Shown: piece by piece, positions 1 to 11,267 of the stretch
How the letters are laid out: the number at the start of each line of letters is the position of its first letter
How positions within the stretch are numbered: the stretch's first letter is position 1
Assembly (NCBI GenBank): GCA_022827625.1
Contig: JAJEIE010000039.1
Location: forward strand, 5,033-69,032
DNA length: 64,000 nucleotides
Source: Candidatus Poribacteria bacterium
Lineage (GTDB): Bacteria > Poribacteria > WGA-4E > WGA-3G
Direction: 5' to 3'
The notes under the pieces: generated by a model
What the model was told of the DNA's origin: nothing
The model's database searches: none
Seen by the model: only the letters and a program-made list of their open reading frames with translations
Program-made: the position numbers and the translations under genes

Positions 1-5
1 GCATT

Positions 6-2195
6 TTAAGGCATATCGACGGGCACGATCCACCCTTTTGTGAGTGCAGGTTTATAAGCATTATCGCGTAAGTAATCCGATGTCTGCCACAAGCAGAGGT
101 GCTCGCCGTCTGGCATCCAGACAACCGATGTCAACTTCATTGCGGTGCGGGCAATGGGATACTTCTTCCCACTTTCAAGGTCATAGACCCAAACCTTCCA
201 GCGGATACCTTCACAGTCCTCACGCTCCAGATATGCCAATCGCTTACCTGTCGGGGACCACGATGGCGATGTGTGTTCCAGAATCTCGCTCTGCGTCAAG
301 GTGCTTACCGTTTCCGATAGGTGCAACTGCTTGTCAATCCGCCCGCCGGGTCGATTGCTACCCGACAAAACATAAGCAAGCCGTGTCCCGTCCGCTGCCC
401 AGTCCAATTGACGTACCTGTTGGTGCTGCGTCTGAATCTCTTTGATGCGTTGCCCTTCTATATCTTGGATACGGATACCGACATACTTCGAACTGTTTAC
501 ACCGAAAGCGACCCGCGTACCATCGGGTGCCCAAGAGGGCGAGGGCAGATAGGTATAACGCTGACGACGTTCAATCGGTACACGGGCAATAGCACTTAAA
601 CCGCTCCCGTCACTATTGACACGGTAAACGATATCCAGCCCTTTTTCGTGTCTTCTAAACACCAAGCGGTTGGATGTCGGTGAAAACGCTGGTCCATCAC
701 CATGGGCTATTTTTTTTGTCTGTCCAAACTTCCAATCCACTGTGTAGATCTGCCGTTCGCCGTTTTCGTCGACCTCAAACGCTACGAGCCTGCTGTCCAG
801 CGACCAGGAGACATGTGGATTGTAAAAATTGCCGGTGTAGTACTTTCGCACCCGTTCCGCTTTCCGATCCATAATCCACAACTCGCTTGCACGCCAGTAC
901 CTACCCCTCAAATCATCCCTTTTCAAGAACGCGATTAACGCTCCATCCGGGCTCCAGCGCGGGTACTCGGCACCCTCTATCAACTCCAGACGACGTGGAG
1001 ATACTTTCGACTCGTTATTCGGACGGCAAAAAGTAGTGTTGAAGAAGATACCGTCCGTCTCTTCAAACTCCCCGAAGGCGAGTGTGTCCATCCATCCGCG
1101 GACCCCGTTCGGCAATTCGATTTCATACAGTCTCCCTGAAACCTGCACAATTGGCAGACGCGCCCCGTCGTTGAGATGTAATAGGACAGACGTGCCGTCT
1201 TTCGTTGTATAAACCGGTGCAGCATCGTGTACGACAACCCCCGACCGTCTCGTCTCTTCAGTTGCCGTTACTTCCGTTGCGTTCGTAAACGCGTAAACAT
1301 ATCCGTCGCCGGATGCTGCATAGAGAACCCCGTCAGAAATAGCAGGGGCAGCGTCCACAAAACCGCCAGTCTGGTAAGTCCAAGTTTCCGTCTGGGATGC
1401 GGAATCAAATCCATGAATCCGTCCATCGCGGGCACCGATGTAGACCGCCCCATTTGCCGTAACAGGGTAACTCTCGCTTCCTGCTGTCCGACCACGCCAT
1501 ACCTTCGCGTTATGCTCAGGGAAGACCGGACGCAACACGCCATTTGCACACCCATATTCAATGCCTTGGATTCGGACTGTCCGTTCCCGCATCGCCTCAA
1601 GTTCACCCGTTCTGGCGTTCAGCAGATAAATTTTTGACCGAAATGCGCCGACGTAAACTTTATTGTCAGCAACAATCGGCGGTGCGTCCATCCAACTTTT
1701 TGTTTTGAATTCCCACAACTTTTCGCCTGTTTGTGCGTTCAATGCGTAGACTTTATTGTTCCGGGCATTGAAGTAGACCCTGTCTCCCAGCACTGTCGCG
1801 GAATAGCGGATAGCATCTCCCGCATCAAACACCCATTTGACTCCCCACTGTTTCGCGTCTAAGGCATATAGTTTCCCGTCAGCCGATCCGATGTACAAGA
1901 TCCCATTTGCAATCACGGGTGAGGCGTAAATCGGTCCACCCGTCTTGAATTTCCACAGCAATTCCAGCGGAGGGGCAAGATTTTTATCTCGACTAACCCC
2001 GGAAAAGCTTAAATTGTACATGAACGTGTGCCAATCTTCAGCACGCGGCGGGGGTGTAACAGATTCCATCACTTCAGGAGATGCGGATTGCTCCACCGTT
2101 GACTGACGCGATGACTCTTTCTGCGCTGAATCGCATCCCCAAGCAAGCAGGAGTACAAGTAATGCTATGAATCGTTTTCTATTCCAGAGGTACAC
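6..2195 (-). CDS. Secreted lipoprotein with an N-terminal PQQ-like beta-propeller and a C-terminal TolB-like (PD40/WD40) beta-propeller
   Basis: 729-aa ORF. The N-terminus is a lipoprotein-type signal peptide (…LLLAWGC). PQQ-like repeats are visible (GGPIYASPVIANGILYIGSADGKLYALD, VYALNAQTGEKLWEF). The C-terminal half has repeated SPDG/APDG/AADG…(V/I)AF PD40 motifs typical of the TolB propeller. Confidence 0.7.
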   Translation of the reverse strand: MYLWNRKRFIALLVLLLAWGCDSAQKESSRQSTVEQSASPEVMESVTPPPRAEDWHTFMYNLSFSGVSRDKNLAPPLELLWKFKTGGPIYASPVIANGILYIGSADGKLYALDAKQWGVKWVFDAGDAIRYSATVLGDRVYFNARNNKVYALNAQTGEKLWEFKTKSWMDAPPIVADNKVYVGAFRSKIYLLNARTGELEAMRERTVRIQGIEYGCANGVLRPVFPEHNAKVWRGRTAGSESYPVTANGAVYIGARDGRIHGFDSASQTETWTYQTGGFVDAAPAISDGVLYAASGDGYVYAFTNATEVTATEETRRSGVVVHDAAPVYTTKDGTSVLLHLNDGARLPIVQVSGRLYEIELPNGVRGWMDTLAFGEFEETDGIFFNTTFCRPNNESKVSPRRLELIEGAEYPRWSPDGALIAFLKRDDLRGRYWRASELWIMDRKAERVRKYYTGNFYNPHVSWSLDSRLVAFEVDENGERQIYTVDWKFGQTKKIAHGDGPAFSPTSNRLVFRRHEKGLDIVYRVNSDGSGLSAIARVPIERRQRYTYLPSPSWAPDGTRVAFGVNSSKYVGIRIQDIEGQRIKEIQTQHQQVRQLDWAADGTRLAYVLSGSNRPGGRIDKQLHLSETVSTLTQSEILEHTSPSWSPTGKRLAYLEREDCEGIRWKVWVYDLESGKKYPIARTAMKLTSVVWMPDGEHLCLWQTSDYLRDNAYKPALTKGWIVPVDMP

Positions 2196-2392
2196 ATTAA
2201 TCCTTTCACGAAGCGTCGATATCCAATTTTATGATAAACCTTCTTATTAACTTACCATATTATTAAGTGATATGCAACCGAAAACTATAGTAGATTAATG
2301 TATTTTTTCCAAAGAGAACGGAAGGCGTTTGCAACTAATGCAACAGGGAAGGAAAAAATTGAATCTTCTATAGAACCAAAATGACGAAAAAT

Positions 2393-2421
2393 TTGAATTT
2401 GTGGCAAATCTGTGTTAAAAT
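2393..2421 (+). promoter_or_regulatory. Putative sigma70 promoter for glyA (TTGAAT-17-TAAAAT, with TGn extended -10)
   Basis: Read directly from the sequence about 55 nt upstream of the glyA ATG. A palindrome GTTTGCAACTAATGCAAC lies at 2326-2343 just upstream. Confidence 0.4.
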
Positions 2422-2476
2422 TTAACTCCTATAAATGTCATACTATTTCACATTTTATTGTAAGCGGTGAACGCGA

Positions 2477-3739
2477 ATGAACACGTTAGAATCCAAATTG
2501 GGTGAAGTCGACCCGCAGATCGTGGAAATTGCCTCTAAAGACTTGACACGCCAGCAAAATTCTCTCATGCTAATCCCATCAGAGAACTACGCCAGCCGTG
2601 CCGTTATGGAGGCACAGAGTACTATCCTCGCTAACAAGTACGCCGAAGGTTACCCCGGTGAACGTTACTATAACGGGTGCGAGTTTATGGATGAAACCGA
2701 GTCGCTGGCGATTGAACGCGCCAAGACACTCTTCGGGGCTGAACACGTTAACGTCCAACCGCACGCCGGCAGCCAAGCGAACATGGCGGTCTATCATGCG
2801 CTGCTCGAACCGGGAGACACGATTTTGGGTATGTCCCTCAGCCACGGTGGACATCTCACCCATGGTGATAATGTCAACTTCTCAGGACGCTATTACAATG
2901 TTATTGCGTATGGTGTAGATGCCAAGACTGAGCGTATTGACATGGCAGAGATTGCGGCACTTGCGCAAGAACATCGTCCAAAACTCATTGTCGTTGGGGC
3001 AACTGCTTATCCTCGACATTTCGATTTTGCAGCGTGGCGAGAGGTCGCCGATTCGGTGGATGCGTATCTGCTCACAGATATAGCGCATATCGCAGGACTT
3101 ATCGCAGGCGGCGTACATCCAGACCCTGTTCCGTACAGTGATGTGGTCACGACAACGACTCACAAAACCTTACGCGGTCCCCGTGGTGCCATGATTATGT
3201 GTAAATCTGAATACGCAAACCAGATTGACCGTGCTGTCTTTCCGGGTTTACAAGGCGGTCCTTTTCTTCATACAATCGCAGCGAGAGCTGTCGCCTTCAA
3301 GGAAGCCAGCGCACCCGCTTTTAAAACATATCAAGCGCAGATTGTTAAAAATGCCAAAGCACTCGCTGCAAGGCTACTCGAAAACGGATTTCGGTTAGTG
3401 AGTGGGGGAACGGATAATCATCTAATGTTGATAGATCTCACTTCCAAATACGAGAAACTTAGTGGACGACAAGCCGCGGATCACTTGGAAGCTGCCGGAA
3501 TCATCGTTAATAAAAATACCATTCCTTTCGACAAACGGAAACCGAGGACCACGAGCGGTCTACGTATTGGGACTCCTATGATTACCACGCGTGGTATGAA
3601 AGAAGATGACATGGTTCAAGTCGCCGATTTCATCGCAGAGACGCTTGAAAACAGACAAAAAGCCTCCATCAAACGCCGAATTCGGAAGAAGGTTGGGGAA
3701 TTCTGCGCGCAATTTCCGATTTATGAATATTTAGGATAG
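2477..3739 (+). CDS. glyA: Serine hydroxymethyltransferase
   Basis: 420 aa. Hallmark motifs are [18 protein letters not shown] and [13 protein letters not shown] (the PLP-lysine region). Confidence 0.95.
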   Translation: MNTLESKLGEVDPQIVEIASKDLTRQQNSLMLIPSENYASRAVMEAQSTILANKYAEGYPGERYYNGCEFMDETESLAIERAKTLFGAEHVNVQPHAGSQANMAVYHALLEPGDTILGMSLSHGGHLTHGDNVNFSGRYYNVIAYGVDAKTERIDMAEIAALAQEHRPKLIVVGATAYPRHFDFAAWREVADSVDAYLLTDIAHIAGLIAGGVHPDPVPYSDVVTTTTHKTLRGPRGAMIMCKSEYANQIDRAVFPGLQGGPFLHTIAARAVAFKEASAPAFKTYQAQIVKNAKALAARLLENGFRLVSGGTDNHLMLIDLTSKYEKLSGRQAADHLEAAGIIVNKNTIPFDKRKPRTTSGLRIGTPMITTRGMKEDDMVQVADFIAETLENRQKASIKRRIRKKVGEFCAQFPIYEYLG

Positions 3740-3755
3740 CTATCGGCTGTCGGCT

Positions 3756-5114
3756 ATGGACTACAACGCAGCACTTGCCTATATTGAAGAATTCATCGAC
3801 TATGAGAGAAGTCCTGACTTTGCTCGGCAGACAAGGCTCTATAATCTGAATCGAATCTCGTTGTTATTGGAGCAACTCGGCAATCCGCAAGACAGGTTAC
3901 GGGTTGTCCATATCGCAGGGAGTAAGGGGAAAGGTTCGACTGCTGCACTTATCGCGTCGGTCCTGACCCGGGCAGGCTATAAGACCGGTCTGTTTACGTC
4001 TCCGCATCTCATTACACCGCGAGAGAGATGCCGAATTGATAATGACCTCATTTCGGAGTTGGACGTTGCTTTCTATATTGACAAACTCAGACCTGCCATC
4101 GACGCAGTTTCCACTTCCGAGTTCGGACGTGTCTCGTTTTTTGAAATATACACCGCGCTTGCCTTTTCCTATTTCGCTGACAAAGCGACGGATTTCGCTG
4201 TTATTGAAGTCGGTTTAGGCGGCAGACTTGATGCGACGAATGTCGTCACACCTGTTACAACCGTTATTACACAAATCGGTTTGGAACATACGACGATCTT
4301 GGGCGAAACTTATAGTGAAATCGCAAGCGAAAAAGCAGAAATCATTAAACATGGATGTCCACTCGCCCTCGCACCACAACATCCAGAAGCACAGGTAGTA
4401 TTTGAAAAGATCGCCAAGCAACGGAACGCGCCTATTGTTGAAGTCAAAGATTTTATCCGAAGTGATTTCAGTACCTCTACCCCTCGGATCGTCTACAATA
4501 TCGACGGTCTACCTGTAGCACAGCACTTCGATGTGGCAACCAATTCGGATCGTTATCCGCAGCTGACTATTCCACTTTTGGGACACCATCAATGTGTGAA
4601 CGCTATAACGGCTCTTGCCGGGCTTGAATGTCTGAAACGGCAAGGATATGTAATCCCAAAAGCGAGTGTTTACGCAGGGTTCAAAAATGTACAGTGGGAC
4701 GGGCGGATTCAGCGAATTCAGTCGGCACCGATTGTTGTACTTGACGGTGCGCACTCCCCGGTTTCAATGAAAGTCTTGTGTCGGACGCTCCGAGAAAGTT
4801 TTCGATATGACCAGATGACTTTCGTGGTTAGTTTAATGCAAGATAAGAACCTTACAGAAATTGGTAATATTGTCTCAAAGACTGCTGATACTGTGATTGC
4901 TACACAGGTGAGTGATAACAGGCGTGTGATGCCCGCTGAAACAATAGGGAATGCCTGGACTGGGACCTGCAGAAAGCTTAGGGTCTGTCCAGAGCCAGAA
5001 AAAGCGATCGCAAAGGCACTGTCCGACGCGGCACCAACAGATTTAATCTGTATCACAGGTTCGTTCTATCTCGTCGGTCAGGCACTAAAACAGTTCTCGG
5101 TTTTTAATAGTTGA
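3756..5114 (+). CDS. folC: Folylpolyglutamate synthase / dihydrofolate synthase (Mur-ligase family)
   Basis: 452 aa. Carries the Mur-ligase P-loop HIAGSKGKGST. It starts 17 nt after glyA, and the glyA-folC pairing is consistent with one-carbon/folate metabolism. Confidence 0.85.
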   Translation: MDYNAALAYIEEFIDYERSPDFARQTRLYNLNRISLLLEQLGNPQDRLRVVHIAGSKGKGSTAALIASVLTRAGYKTGLFTSPHLITPRERCRIDNDLISELDVAFYIDKLRPAIDAVSTSEFGRVSFFEIYTALAFSYFADKATDFAVIEVGLGGRLDATNVVTPVTTVITQIGLEHTTILGETYSEIASEKAEIIKHGCPLALAPQHPEAQVVFEKIAKQRNAPIVEVKDFIRSDFSTSTPRIVYNIDGLPVAQHFDVATNSDRYPQLTIPLLGHHQCVNAITALAGLECLKRQGYVIPKASVYAGFKNVQWDGRIQRIQSAPIVVLDGAHSPVSMKVLCRTLRESFRYDQMTFVVSLMQDKNLTEIGNIVSKTADTVIATQVSDNRRVMPAETIGNAWTGTCRKLRVCPEPEKAIAKALSDAAPTDLICITGSFYLVGQALKQFSVFNS

Positions 5115-5314
5115 TAGAAGGAGTACTCTTGTTTGGAAGCACTCTATGGTGTTGAACGGTAAAAAACATAATGGATTGAGGTGATGGTGCAAATTTTTGA
5201 TAAAATTTAACAAGAAAACGGTTTTGGATAGGGACCCACCCATTGCTGACAAGGGTCTGAACGAAACCGAGCAGTATTTCAATTTTTAAAGAAATAGAAA
5301 AAGAGAGGTTTTTA

Positions 5315-7675
5315 ATGCGTGAAATCAGCTGCAAAAGACGGTGGTTAAGTTGGAAAACACTTCTAACATCTCTTCCTGTTTTGAATTTAGCCACCGTAGC
5401 TTTTGCCCAAACAGAGTCCCATCCGGTTATCCCTACAGTATGGTGGATTGCGCCTATCGGCTCTCTCATCGCTTTGGGATTTGCGTACTATTTCTACCGT
5501 GCTGTCATGAGACAAGATGAGGGCAACGAAACCATGCGTGGCATCGCACAATCTGTCCGTGAGGGCGCGATGGCATATCTCAGGCAACAATACAAAGTGG
5601 TCGGATTGGTTTTTCTTGTGCTTTGTCTCATTTTTCTCTTCATGGCGTTCGTCCTTAATGCCCAAAACAAGGTAATCCCATTTGCTTTTCTTACAGGCGG
5701 CTTCTTCTCAGGTCTCTGCGGTTTCCTCGGCATGAAAACAGCGACCAATGCCTCGGCGCGCACCACGAGCGCGGCGATGCAAGGACTCAACGCCGGTTTA
5801 AAGGTAGCCTTCCGTGCTGGTGCAGTTATGGGATTGGTCGTCGTTGGGTTCGCACTTCTTGATATTACAGGATGGTTTCTCATCCTCTACTATCTCTTTC
5901 CCAAAATATTCCCCGGATTTCTGTCTGAAGTGAATCCACTGCCGCAGATTACGGTGATTATGTTGAGTTTCGGGATGGGCGCTTCAACACAGGCATTGTT
6001 TGCCCGCGTCGGGGGTGGTATCTATACGAAGGCTGCCGATGTTGGTGCTGACCTCGTTGGAAAGGTAGAAGCCGGCATCCCTGAAGATGATCCGCGTAAC
6101 CCGGCTGTTATCGCTGATAACGTCGGTGATAACGTCGGTGATGTCGCAGGTATGGGCGCAGACCTTTATGAATCTTATGCGGGTTCCATTCTTGCAACTG
6201 CTGCCCTCGGTGTCGCTGCTGTCGCTGCCAATAACTATAACGACCTTGCGCTTCAACTGAAATACCTCGCAGCTCCCATGATTATTGCTGGCATTGGGGT
6301 GATCCTCTCTATTATGGGTATCTATCTTGTCAGAACCAAAGAGGGCGCATCCATGAGTCAGTTGATGGGCTCCCTTAACTTAGGCATTAACGGCAGTGCG
6401 ATAGGTATTGCAATTGTCTCACTTCCTGTGCTCATTTACCTCGATCTTCCCAACAAGTGGCAAATTTGGGGAGCAATCATCGCTGGACTCGTCGCAGGCT
6501 TGATCATCGGAAAAGTCACTGAAGTCTTCACATCTCACGATTACGCACCGACGCGTAAGATCGCCAAACAGGCGCAAACCGGACCCGCAACCGTGATTAT
6601 TGAAGGTGTCGCTGTCGGTATGGAATCGACGGCAATCCCTGTCATCACCATTGTTACTGCAGTCGCTATCAGTTACTATCTCCCCGGCGGTATGCAGGAA
6701 CCGTTGATGGGACTCTATGGAGTCGGGATCGCTGCGGTCGGTATGCTCGCGACCCTCGGTATTACACTTGCTACGGATGCCTACGGACCTATTGCTGATA
6801 ATGCCGGTGGAAACGCTGAGATGGCTGAACTCGATAAAAGTGTCCGAGAGCGCACGGATCAGTTGGATGCACTCGGAAATACTACCGCTGCAACGGGTAA
6901 AGGTTTCGCCATCGGTTCCGCAGCACTAACGGCACTCGCACTTTTGGCTGCCTATATTGAAGAGATTCGACACGGTCTCAGTGACTTGGCAGGACAGAAA
7001 ACACTTGAGATACCCGGTGAGGGTATGGTTGATACAGCGAAGGTCTCAATCAGCCAATTCATGGACTACTATGATGTTACCCTTATGAATCCGCAAGTCC
7101 TTATTGGACTGTTCATCGGTGCGGTGATGGCGTTCTATTTCTGCGCGTTGACGATGAAAGCCGTCGGACGGGCGGCGGGGGCTATGGTCGAAGAGGTCCG
7201 CCGTCAATTTCGTGCGAAACCCGGCATTATGAAGGGTGAGGAGAAACCGGATTATGCCCGGTGTGTTGAGATTTCAACGGTCGGCGCGCAACGTGAGATG
7301 ATTTTTCCATCGCTTATCGCCATCGTTGTACCTGTCTTAGTCGGATTAGTTTTTGATGTCGGTGGGGTACTCGGTTTACTCACAGGCGGTTTAGCAACCG
7401 GTTTCGTTCTCGCAATCATGATGGCAAACGCCGGTGGTGCGTGGGACAATGCCAAAAAATTCATTGAAGAAGGCAAACATAAAGACGAATATGGTGAGAA
7501 AGGTTCAGAACAACACAAAGCCACTGTTGTCGGTGATACCGTCGGTGATCCCTTCAAAGATACCTCCGGTCCCTCGCTTAACATCTTGATTAAGTTGATG
7601 TCTATGGTGTCTGTGGTCTTTGCTGGACTCATCGCCAAGTACGGCGGCATACTTAGCAATTGGCTGGGTATGTAG
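5315..7675 (+). CDS. hppA: Membrane-bound proton-translocating pyrophosphatase (V-type H+-PPase)
   Basis: 786 aa with many transmembrane segments. Signature motifs are GGIYTKAADVGADLVGKVE and DNVGDNVGDVAGMGADL. The first 40 aa or so form a signal-peptide-like extension ahead of the usual H+-PPase start, so the true start codon is uncertain. Confidence 0.9.
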   Translation: MREISCKRRWLSWKTLLTSLPVLNLATVAFAQTESHPVIPTVWWIAPIGSLIALGFAYYFYRAVMRQDEGNETMRGIAQSVREGAMAYLRQQYKVVGLVFLVLCLIFLFMAFVLNAQNKVIPFAFLTGGFFSGLCGFLGMKTATNASARTTSAAMQGLNAGLKVAFRAGAVMGLVVVGFALLDITGWFLILYYLFPKIFPGFLSEVNPLPQITVIMLSFGMGASTQALFARVGGGIYTKAADVGADLVGKVEAGIPEDDPRNPAVIADNVGDNVGDVAGMGADLYESYAGSILATAALGVAAVAANNYNDLALQLKYLAAPMIIAGIGVILSIMGIYLVRTKEGASMSQLMGSLNLGINGSAIGIAIVSLPVLIYLDLPNKWQIWGAIIAGLVAGLIIGKVTEVFTSHDYAPTRKIAKQAQTGPATVIIEGVAVGMESTAIPVITIVTAVAISYYLPGGMQEPLMGLYGVGIAAVGMLATLGITLATDAYGPIADNAGGNAEMAELDKSVRERTDQLDALGNTTAATGKGFAIGSAALTALALLAAYIEEIRHGLSDLAGQKTLEIPGEGMVDTAKVSISQFMDYYDVTLMNPQVLIGLFIGAVMAFYFCALTMKAVGRAAGAMVEEVRRQFRAKPGIMKGEEKPDYARCVEISTVGAQREMIFPSLIAIVVPVLVGLVFDVGGVLGLLTGGLATGFVLAIMMANAGGAWDNAKKFIEEGKHKDEYGEKGSEQHKATVVGDTVGDPFKDTSGPSLNILIKLMSMVSVVFAGLIAKYGGILSNWLGM

Positions 7676-7707
7676 TAGGTTAACTCTCCAGGACTTGGCA
7701 CATCAAA

Positions 7708-8235
7708 ATGTACCTGAACATGAAACTCAAAGATGCCATTGTATACGCCTTGAGCCTATCTATCTTCATCATAGGGTGTCAGCAGTTAGACAGTGGGATG
7801 AAAACGGGACCCGATACCGCTGTATCGATTTCTGTAGATGATGTTCATCCAGACGAAATATTCTATGCGAGTACTGTTTTTATTGGTGATCCAGGGAGTA
7901 GATTCGGAACCGACGAATATGTCTTAAATTCTGCCACTATCACAGGTGATACGTTGAATGTCAGCGTCTCCTACAGCGGTGGATGTGAAGATCACCAATT
8001 CACACTTGTGGTTTCGGAGGGTTTTCTTGAATCGTTCCCAGTTCAACTGCACGCTTCTATCGCACACAACGCTAATGGGGACACGTGCGAAGCATATCCA
8101 ACAGAGAACTATCGCTTTAACCTTACACCGATCAAAACGCTGTATCAGAACGCTTACCGACAGGAAGCAGGCACTATTGTTTTGCGACTCAAAGATGCAC
8201 CAGAGGGGAACCTTATCTACGAATTTGCAATGTAG
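7708..8235 (+). CDS. Hypothetical lipoprotein
   Basis: 175 aa. Signal peptide with lipobox (SLSIFIIGC), then a soluble domain with two further Cys. No recognisable family. An alternative start M lies at 7720. Confidence 0.5.
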   Translation: MYLNMKLKDAIVYALSLSIFIIGCQQLDSGMKTGPDTAVSISVDDVHPDEIFYASTVFIGDPGSRFGTDEYVLNSATITGDTLNVSVSYSGGCEDHQFTLVVSEGFLESFPVQLHASIAHNANGDTCEAYPTENYRFNLTPIKTLYQNAYRQEAGTIVLRLKDAPEGNLIYEFAM

Positions 8236-8329
8236 CCATAATTATATTAAATACCGGTGTTGTAGGGAAACTGATTTCCTATACTTCCCCCTTCTGCTTG
8301 TTTAGCAATTTGTAGGAGAACACAAACAG

Positions 8330-10009
8330 ATGTCCAATAAACTGAAACCCCGGAGTTATGCGATTACCGATGGACCCGACCGCGCCGCTGCACGCACAAT
8401 GCTCATGTTCGGCGATGGCGGACTCTCACCAGAGGACCTTGACAAACCAATTATCGGGGTTGCCAATACATGGATCGAGATCGGACCTTGTAATTTTCAC
8501 CTAAGACGGCTGGCCGCCAAGGTCAAAGAAGGCATTCGCGCCGCAGGCGGTACGCCGCTTGAATTCAATACGGTCAGCATTTCTGATGGCATTACCATGG
8601 GCACCGAAGGCATGAAAACCTCGCTCATCAGTCGAGAAATCATCGCTGATTCGATCGAATTGGTTTCCATCGGTAACATGTTTGATGCTGTTATTGCGCT
8701 CTGTGGATGCGACAAAACTGTTCCCGGCACCGTCATGGCATTGGCACGGTTAGACATTCCCTCACTCACACTTTATGGGGGTTCAATCATGCCGGGCAAG
8801 TTTCAGGGACGGGATGTCACGATTCAAGATGTATTTGAAGCGGTCGGACAACATGCGGAAGGCACGATAACTGTTGAAGAACTCGATGATCTGATTAGTA
8901 AGGGGTGTCCCGGACCTGGCGCATGTGGTGGACAATTTACTGCAAATACGATGGCGACAGCCGTTGAAATGTTGGGCATCGCGCCAATGGGAAGCGGTAG
9001 TGTTCCTGCTGTCGTAGAGGATAAGGACGATGAGGCATACAAAGCCGGACAACTCATCATCGACATGCTCGCTGCTGACCGTCGCCCCAGTCAGATTATT
9101 ACCCGTAAGTCTCTTGAGAATGCGATTACCTCTGTCGCTGCAACCGCTGGTTCTACCAACGGCGTTCTACACCTTCTCGCCATCGCGCACGAAGCACAGG
9201 TCCCCATAACACTTGAAGACTTCCACGCCATTAGTCAAAGAACGCCTGTGTTAGCCGACCTAAAGCCGGGTGGACAGTTTGTCGCGAACGATCTCTATGA
9301 AGCGGGGGGCATTCCGTTCTTGGCGAAACGTATGGCGGAGGCGGGTTTGCTCCACACCGACGAACTCACGGTCACCGGAAGAACCATCGGTGAAGAGGCG
9401 AATGCAGCCACTGAAACCGAGGGACAGGTAGTCGTCAGACCCGTGGATGCACCGCTTAAATCGACAGGTGGTTTCGCTATCTTGCGGGGGAACCTCGCGC
9501 CCGATGGGTGTGTTCTCAAGTTAGCTGGACAGGATAAAACCCTTCATCGCGGTCCAGCGCGTATCTTTGAGCGTGAAGAGGATACCTTCGCTGCTATTAA
9601 AGGTGGGGAGATTAAACCCGGCGATGTTGTTGTTATCCGTTATGAGGGACCCACTGGTGGTCCGGGTATGCGCGAGATGTTGGGCGTAACGGCAGCAATC
9701 GTCGGCGCAGGTTTGAGTGAGGATGTCGCCCTCTTAACCGACGGTAGGTTTTCTGGGGCGACACACGGTTTCATGATCTGTCACGTTGCACCTGAAGCCG
9801 CGAAAGGCGGTCCCCTCGCGATCCTCCAAGAGGGAGATGAGATCGTCATTGATGCCAAGGAACGCAAGCTTGACGTTCAACTCTCCGACGCGGAAATTCA
9901 GGTACGTTTTGAGCAGTGGACACCCCCTGAACCGCGTTATACACGCGGGGTCATGGCGAAATATGCGAACTCGGTATCTTCTGCTTCTGAGGGTGCTGTG
10001 ACCGGATAG
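8330..10009 (+). CDS. ilvD: Dihydroxy-acid dehydratase
   Basis: 559 aa. IlvD/EDD family motifs are present: [14 protein letters not shown], the Cys ligand region CGCDKTVPG, and [25 protein letters not shown] upstream. Confidence 0.95.
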   Translation: MSNKLKPRSYAITDGPDRAAARTMLMFGDGGLSPEDLDKPIIGVANTWIEIGPCNFHLRRLAAKVKEGIRAAGGTPLEFNTVSISDGITMGTEGMKTSLISREIIADSIELVSIGNMFDAVIALCGCDKTVPGTVMALARLDIPSLTLYGGSIMPGKFQGRDVTIQDVFEAVGQHAEGTITVEELDDLISKGCPGPGACGGQFTANTMATAVEMLGIAPMGSGSVPAVVEDKDDEAYKAGQLIIDMLAADRRPSQIITRKSLENAITSVAATAGSTNGVLHLLAIAHEAQVPITLEDFHAISQRTPVLADLKPGGQFVANDLYEAGGIPFLAKRMAEAGLLHTDELTVTGRTIGEEANAATETEGQVVVRPVDAPLKSTGGFAILRGNLAPDGCVLKLAGQDKTLHRGPARIFEREEDTFAAIKGGEIKPGDVVVIRYEGPTGGPGMREMLGVTAAIVGAGLSEDVALLTDGRFSGATHGFMICHVAPEAAKGGPLAILQEGDEIVIDAKERKLDVQLSDAEIQVRFEQWTPPEPRYTRGVMAKYANSVSSASEGAVTG

Positions 10010-10057
10010 AACCAATTCACCATGTATCCATAGGGCAGGTCTTTGTACCTGTCCTTT

Positions 10058-10276
10058 TTATTTTCGTGGTTTACGTGTCCCATCCGAAATCGCTTCTACC
10101 ACCGTATCGTAAACACACTGCAACGCTTGGAGATATGCCATCTCCGCCCGCTTTATCTCATGTGTATCGCCCCGTGCGCGCACCTTCTGGAGTGTCTCCA
10201 GTCGTAAGAGCATCTCTCGGTTCGCATGCGCTAAATGTTGCCAATGTGTCTCTGTTATCACTGTTCGGTCTTCCAT
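10058..10276 (-). CDS. Hypothetical small protein (72 aa), helical/charged
   Basis: ORF convergent with ilvD. Its composition is protein-like, whereas the overlapping plus-strand ORF (10066-10296) is Pro/Ser-rich and looks spurious. No homology recognised. Confidence 0.3.
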   Translation of the reverse strand: MEDRTVITETHWQHLAHANREMLLRLETLQKVRARGDTHEIKRAEMAYLQALQCVYDTVVEAISDGTRKPRK

Positions 10277-10379
10277 GTATAAATCCCCGCGAATGAGAAA
10301 TTCCGCTATCTATAAAAAGTTTATATTGATTAAGTATAAATAAATAAAGTTTTTATGGCAACAATTTTTTTCAAAACGA

Positions 10380-10408
10380 TTGTAATTTCCCGGTTTTTCT
10401 GTTATACT
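10380..10408 (+). promoter_or_regulatory. Putative promoter TTGTAA-17-TATACT (TGn extended -10) for the 10512 ORF
   Basis: Read directly. A GC-rich potentially structured 5' UTR (GGGTGG…CCTCCCACC) follows before the ORF at 10512. Confidence 0.4.
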
Positions 10409-10511
10409 ATTTGAACCAGTTCGGGTGGCACTGTAAAGCGTTCCGCACGGTCCGTCCGCTACCCTCCCACCTTCACAGGGGATAAATGGACTGGCGACTG
10501 AGACTACCGAA

Positions 10512-10772
10512 ATGGATATAGTGGAAGAACTTAAAAAGCGGGACGACCGCATTGAAAGATTAGAACGCGCTTTGTTGTTAGTGCTGAGTTTAAACGTCGG
10601 GAATCATCTCGACAAGTCTTCTAAGAACTGTTTTAGCCATGTTCAATCTTTTGCTGTAGAGCAGATGGAGACCCTCGTTGCCGAGTCTGGTAGCACAGAG
10701 AAAGTTATCGAAAATCTGCTTGCTGCCTGTGAGGAACGCTTTCGCATTGAATTGGATGTATTGGATCGCTAA
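10512..10772 (+). CDS. Hypothetical small protein (86 aa)
   Basis: ORF downstream of a good promoter and a structured leader. No recognisable domain. Confidence 0.4.
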   Translation: MDIVEELKKRDDRIERLERALLLVLSLNVGNHLDKSSKNCFSHVQSFAVEQMETLVAESGSTEKVIENLLAACEERFRIELDVLDR

Positions 10773-10800
10773 CCTATAAATTTTGCCAGAGTGATCGGCT

Positions 10801-11244
10801 TTGAAAACAATGGGCAGTGCGCTGGTTATTGGAATCTATCTTATGAATAAACAGAGACCTGTTATTCTCAATCAAGCAGAACTCGACTGGGAAACTTGGG
10901 ACGATCCAGACCTCGCTGCCCGGAGTCCAATTCGTTGGAAAATTCTCATATCGGGGGAACGCGGTCCCAGTGGTCGGCTTGCTACGGGAATAGCAGAGAT
11001 GACCCCGGGGACGCTGCTTCCGCTTCATCATCACGAGCCTGAGGAGACTTACTACGTCATCAGCGGTTCCGGGTATGTAACAATAGAGGACTGTGAGGCA
11101 ACGCTGAGTGCCGGGGCATCTGTTTTTATCCCTTCTCATGCAAAGCATTCGCTCCGTTGCACCGGTACCGAGAATCTAATCTTTCTGTTCACGTTCGCGG
11201 CGGACCGATTTGACGAAATCATCTATCATTTTGATGTAAATTAG
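10801..11244 (+). CDS. Cupin-domain protein
   Basis: 147 aa. Cupin_2-type motifs LPLHHHEPEETYYVISGSGYV … ASVFIPSHAKHSL. Confidence 0.7.
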   Translation: MKTMGSALVIGIYLMNKQRPVILNQAELDWETWDDPDLAARSPIRWKILISGERGPSGRLATGIAEMTPGTLLPLHHHEPEETYYVISGSGYVTIEDCEATLSAGASVFIPSHAKHSLRCTGTENLIFLFTFAADRFDEIIYHFDVN

Positions 11245-11267
11245 CAAGCCAGAAAGTAGATTACCGA

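Noticed and set aside
10066-10296. 76-aa plus-strand ORF downstream of ilvD
   Set aside because: Pro/Ser-rich low-complexity translation. The overlapping minus-strand 72-aa ORF has better coding character, though it is itself low-confidence.
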